Source: a virus
Taxonomy: Duplodnaviria > Caudoviricetes
Virus record (IMG/VR): IMGVR_UViG_3300032893_000047
Coordinates: 1 to 61,102 of that record
Strand: one strand, 5' to 3'
DNA: 61,102 nt
Shown: positions 57,328 through 61,102 of the stretch, one piece after another
How the letters are laid out: each line of letters begins with the position of its first letter
Position numbering within the stretch: the first letter of the stretch is position 1
Notes under the pieces: generated by a model
Told to the model about the DNA's origin: nothing
Database searches by the model: none
The model's input: the letters and a program-made list of their open reading frames with translations, nothing else
Position numbers and translations under genes: made by a program

Positions 57328-58023
57328 ATTAAAGAAGATTTTGAAGCAGCATTTGACATATGGCTTGATTCCAAATTAAGGCAAGTGCATACAACCATGC
57401 CGGGGACTTTTGTGTCTTTTGATTCGTCGAAAAGGAAAGCAACGGTTCAACCTTCTTTGAAATTAAAATATTTGTCTGGAGATAAAAAGATTGTTATTAA
57501 AGAAATCAGTCCTATAAATAATGTCCCGGTTGTTTTTACGGGCACAAAAGATTTTGTTGTAAAATTTCCGATTAAAAAAGGCGATGGATGCCTATTGCTT
57601 TTTTCTGAATCTCCTATAGGAAATTATTTGAATAGTTCATCGGATCAGGTCGAAACGGATGATCTTGGAAGATTTGAATTAGGTTCATGTATAGCAATAC
57701 CTGGATTATTTTCATTTGCAAATATTCCGAATCCTGCATCGGAAATAAGTATTGATGATGCGGGAAAGATAATGATAAAGTCTCAAAGTGGAAAATTAAC
57801 CATTGAGAAATCAGGGATGATAACTTTCAATGATGGGACTGAAGCGGTTATTCTGGGGACTCAATTTATAACAGGTTTGAAAGTTTTTTTGAATGTAGTT
57901 CAATCAATAACGCCCGGAACATTGCCTCAAGACACGGCGGCATTAACTCAAATAGCGACGGCAGCGGGTGTATTATATGGATTATGTGATAATTACAAGA
58001 GTCAAAAAATAAAGGTGATGTGA
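57328..58023 (+). CDS. Baseplate spike (Gp138-like); probable ATT start
   Basis: HTTMPG.FVSFD...ATVQP; NVPVVF; PIKKGDGCLLLFSE; GGAG 7 nt before ATT at 57328. Confidence 0.8.
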   Translation: MKEDFEAAFDIWLDSKLRQVHTTMPGTFVSFDSSKRKATVQPSLKLKYLSGDKKIVIKEISPINNVPVVFTGTKDFVVKFPIKKGDGCLLLFSESPIGNYLNSSSDQVETDDLGRFELGSCIAIPGLFSFANIPNPASEISIDDAGKIMIKSQSGKLTIEKSGMITFNDGTEAVILGTQFITGLKVFLNVVQSITPGTLPQDTAALTQIATAAGVLYGLCDNYKSQKIKVM

Positions 58024-58410
58024 ATGAAGAACATATATATTGACTCAACAACAAATGATTTAGAATTGACAAAAAATAATTTTAGGTTCACGGAGAATGA
58101 TTCGGAATATGTTTCACAAAAACTTGAAGAATATTTCAATACGTTTAAGGGCGAATATTGGCTTAATGTTGATCTGGGAATTCCTTATTTTGACAAGACG
58201 GATAGAAGAAGTCCATTGAAAAATATATTGGGAGTATTCCCTGATATGAATTTTATTCGAGCAATTTTCTTGAAAGAAATCAATAAGATTGCTGAAATAA
58301 AACAAGTATTAAAATTAAATATAGAAGTAGATGATAGTTTGAATACATTATATATTGACATGATTTTGTCGCTTAGTTCTGGGTCTCTTGAATTATCATT
58401 TGTGTTGTGA
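58024..58410 (+). CDS. Baseplate wedge, gp25-like
   Basis: FKGEYWLN...GIPYF. Confidence 0.75.
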   Translation: MKNIYIDSTTNDLELTKNNFRFTENDSEYVSQKLEEYFNTFKGEYWLNVDLGIPYFDKTDRRSPLKNILGVFPDMNFIRAIFLKEINKIAEIKQVLKLNIEVDDSLNTLYIDMILSLSSGSLELSFVL

Positions 58411-58418
58411 GGTGAAAA

Positions 58419-59864
58419 GTGTCTGAAATATTTGTGACTTCGACAGGATTTCTAAAAAAAACATTGCCTACTATAATTTCAGAATATCAGGCATTATTTC
58501 AAGGCATTTGGGGTGTTGACATTGACCTTGATCCTCAAGGAGTGGTTGGTCAAGAAATAGCCATGCTTGCAAAAAGAGAAGCGGATATATGGGATGGAGC
58601 CGAAGAAATATATAATTCAAGAAATCCCAATTCAGCGACAGGTGTAAGTCTTGATAATATTATGATAGAGAACGGGATTGAAAGACTTGGCGCTTCTTAT
58701 ACAGTTGTAAAGAATGTCGTTCTTTTTGGTGCAAATTCGACGATCATTCCTTCCGGGAAACTTGCGAAGAATCCCGAACAATCTGTTCAATATTCTCTTG
58801 ATTCAACGGTTACTATTGATAAGACCTCTTGTCATGAAGCATTGATTACATTATCTTCGGTATCGGTTGGAGATCACTATATAATAACTATCAATGCAGT
58901 CAATTACGATTATACGGCAATTGGCGGAGATACCATTGATAGTGTTTTGGCTGCATTATTAGCCTTGATTGAATTAGGGACATGGGGCGGATCGGGATCG
59001 ATTTCAAGTAGTATTTTAGATCTGTATTATGCAACTTCATTTAGTGTTGATGTTAATGCTAATCTTTCATTCACTGATATTGGCAATTTTGGTAATTTTA
59101 CTTGTACGACAAAAGGATCAAATACACTTCCGGGAAGTTCGTTGACTGAAATTGTAACTCCCGTTTCAGGATGGGATTCAGTCTATAATCCAGAGGTAGG
59201 CATTCCTGGAAGATCGATAGAATCAGACCCGGCGGCAAGAATCAGACGCACAATTTCGGTAATGAACGGATCGGCAACCGATGAAGCGATAAAAGAAGCA
59301 ATATTGAATAATGTTGCCAACGTAGTAGGATGCACAGTAGCATCGAATAGAACAAATATTACGGATGTAGAGAGTCGACCGCCGCATTCATTCGAGGTTA
59401 TCGTATCTGGCGGAACGGATGCAGATGTTGCAGAAATGATCTATGAAAAACAGGGAGCAGGGGTTGAATCATATGGCAATACTTCAGTTATTATCACAGA
59501 CCCGGAAGGATATCAACAAACAATAAAATTTTCTCGTGCGGTTGATAAATATATATGGGTAAGAGTTTCAAGGGCGAAATATTCAGAGGAAACTTATCCA
59601 ACCGATGGCGACGATCAAATCAAGGCGCAAATTGTTTCATGGTCTCTTGATTCGTCAAACATCTCACCTGGGAAAGATATAATACCGCAAAGATTAAGTA
59701 TTCCAGTATATCAAGTTCAGGGAATTGCAAAGATAAAAATAGAATGTGCGAAGACTGATTCTCCTTCGGGAACGCCAACTTATAGCGAAGACGTAATAAG
59801 TTTGTCGGCAAGGGAAATCGGAGTATTTGCAACGACTCGTATAATTGTTCAGGATTTGACATGA
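58419..59864 (+). CDS. Baseplate J-like protein
   Basis: PNSATGVSLD; ESD...R.R; PPHSFEVIVSGG. Confidence 0.9.
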   Translation: MSEIFVTSTGFLKKTLPTIISEYQALFQGIWGVDIDLDPQGVVGQEIAMLAKREADIWDGAEEIYNSRNPNSATGVSLDNIMIENGIERLGASYTVVKNVVLFGANSTIIPSGKLAKNPEQSVQYSLDSTVTIDKTSCHEALITLSSVSVGDHYIITINAVNYDYTAIGGDTIDSVLAALLALIELGTWGGSGSISSSILDLYYATSFSVDVNANLSFTDIGNFGNFTCTTKGSNTLPGSSLTEIVTPVSGWDSVYNPEVGIPGRSIESDPAARIRRTISVMNGSATDEAIKEAILNNVANVVGCTVASNRTNITDVESRPPHSFEVIVSGGTDADVAEMIYEKQGAGVESYGNTSVIITDPEGYQQTIKFSRAVDKYIWVRVSRAKYSEETYPTDGDDQIKAQIVSWSLDSSNISPGKDIIPQRLSIPVYQVQGIAKIKIECAKTDSPSGTPTYSEDVISLSAREIGVFATTRIIVQDLT

Positions 59865-60541
59865 CAGAAATACAAAAAATAAGTGATTATAAAGATAGTT
59901 CACAATATCTTATTCAGCAATACAAGGATAAAGAAAAGTTTTTCGCACTTATTAACGGGTTACTTGATCGAGGGAATGCCATTGAAGGTGCATTATTTGA
60001 AATAAGGGACAATTATACTATAGATACCGCAAAAGGTGTTCAACTTGATGTTCTGGGATTGATTCAGGGTGAAACTCGGAAAGGATTTAATGATGATGAC
60101 TATAGAAATAATATCAAGACAAGAATTATTGTTAACAATGGCTCCGGAGAAGCATCGACGATCATAGCATATTTGAAGGGACTTTGTGGGGCGTCAAAAG
60201 TTCAACTTCAAACTCTCGGAAATATGAATTTGTATATTTGGACGGATATTTATATTACAGAATTTATTTTTTCTCAATTGCAAGTTATCGCAGAATCCGG
60301 AGTAACGATTTTTTCTCTTTCTGGAGATGTAGGGTTAAGACCTTTTGTTACTTCGGAAAGTGATGGAACTGAAGACCCTGACGGCGATGGATTGACTGAA
60401 GCAAAAGAAGACGACGTATTAGAATTTACTGACGGAACTATAAAAATGTTTACCGATGGAGTAATAGAAGTCTATACAGATTCGACTGGATCGGATCAAA
60501 CCATGGGCGGAGCATTGCAAGAAGTAAGATCGACAGAATAA
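59861..60541 (+). CDS. Baseplate wedge protein (DUF2612-like)
   Basis: QQY...IDTAKGVQLDVLG...R...DDDYR. Confidence 0.8.
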   Translation: MTEIQKISDYKDSSQYLIQQYKDKEKFFALINGLLDRGNAIEGALFEIRDNYTIDTAKGVQLDVLGLIQGETRKGFNDDDYRNNIKTRIIVNNGSGEASTIIAYLKGLCGASKVQLQTLGNMNLYIWTDIYITEFIFSQLQVIAESGVTIFSLSGDVGLRPFVTSESDGTEDPDGDGLTEAKEDDVLEFTDGTIKMFTDGVIEVYTDSTGSDQTMGGALQEVRSTE

Positions 60542-60550
60542 GGAGAATAT

Positions 60551-61102
60551 ATGGCATTACCCGATAAAAGATTTAGATGGGCAGAAAATGATGTAGTTGA
60601 CGGTACTTCATTATTGAATAACGTCGTTGAGCCGCCAGAAATAAAAAAAACAAATGGATGGAATAGACTCGAGAAGCCAGCAAGAAACTGGTGGAACTGG
60701 TGCTTCAGATATATTCAAAAATGGATTGATTATATATATGATACGGCACTTAATGACGTTTTTACTTTTGTGGGAATAAAAACATTTTCAAGTATTCCCA
60801 TTTTGCCAGGAAGTGATCCGACTACTGATAATCAGGCTACAAGAAAATTATATGTTGATAGTTTATCTAAAATATCTCTTGTAACTTCCGATTCTTTGTT
60901 ATCAAATATTCAAAGATACAAATCCGTAAATAATATAAATTTAACGTTGCCATCAAGCGCCAATGAGGGAGATATTCTTGAAATATTTTCCGAAGATATT
61001 TCTACAATAGTTCAAGGAGATGCAGAAAATATAATTGTAAGCGACAAATTTCAAACCACAAAAGGTATTTCAGGCTTTTTAAAATTATTTAAAAAAAACT
61101 AT
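60551..61102 (+). CDS. Tail fibre protein, N-terminal part (continues across the junction to 1210; about 544 aa in total)
   Basis: AGGAG RBS and ATG at 60551; MALPDKRFRWAENDVVDG...GWNRLEKPARNWWNW is a typical baseplate-anchoring tail-fibre N-terminus; open to the end and in frame with 134..1210. Confidence 0.85.
   Translation, partial: MALPDKRFRWAENDVVDGTSLLNNVVEPPEIKKTNGWNRLEKPARNWWNWCFRYIQKWIDYIYDTALNDVFTFVGIKTFSSIPILPGSDPTTDNQATRKLYVDSLSKISLVTSDSLLSNIQRYKSVNNINLTLPSSANEGDILEIFSEDISTIVQGDAENIIVSDKFQTTKGISGFLKLFKKNY
60976..61102. repeat. Terminal direct repeat, copy of 1-127
   Basis: Exact match to the window start. Confidence 0.95.

Overview
This is an apparently complete, circularly permuted, AT-rich tailed-phage genome with a contractile (myovirus-type) tail. 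The first 127 nt repeat the last 127 nt, and one tail-fibre gene runs across that junction. Gene order: tail fibres, lysis (C39-like peptidase, holin-like protein, SLT), a short leftward operon, and a divergent promoter region (~9.7-10.7 kb). Next come early/recombination genes (YopX, Cas4-like exonuclease, SSB-like, NinG), then Rha, a replication initiator and an SNF2-methyltransferase fusion. After these are a Ro60/TROVE operon, ParB-MTase plus radical SAM, TerS/TerL, portal, intein-containing MuF, bacterioferritin, and head, neck, tail and baseplate genes. No integrase, DNA polymerase, reverse transcriptase or CRISPR array is visible. Four features stand out. (1) An intein in MuF whose endonuclease-like gene lies on the opposite strand, in codon register, with a promoter embedded in the C-terminal splice junction. 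(2) A Ro60 operon led by three tandem RNAs that share one scaffold, one carrying a complete circularly permuted tRNA-Asn(GUU) mimic. (3) A separately promoted, antisense 146-nt tRNA-like RNA with a large insert, in the baseplate module. (4) A bacterioferritin without the haem-ligand Met as first gene of the capsid operon. All family assignments come from motif recognition by eye, not from database searches.
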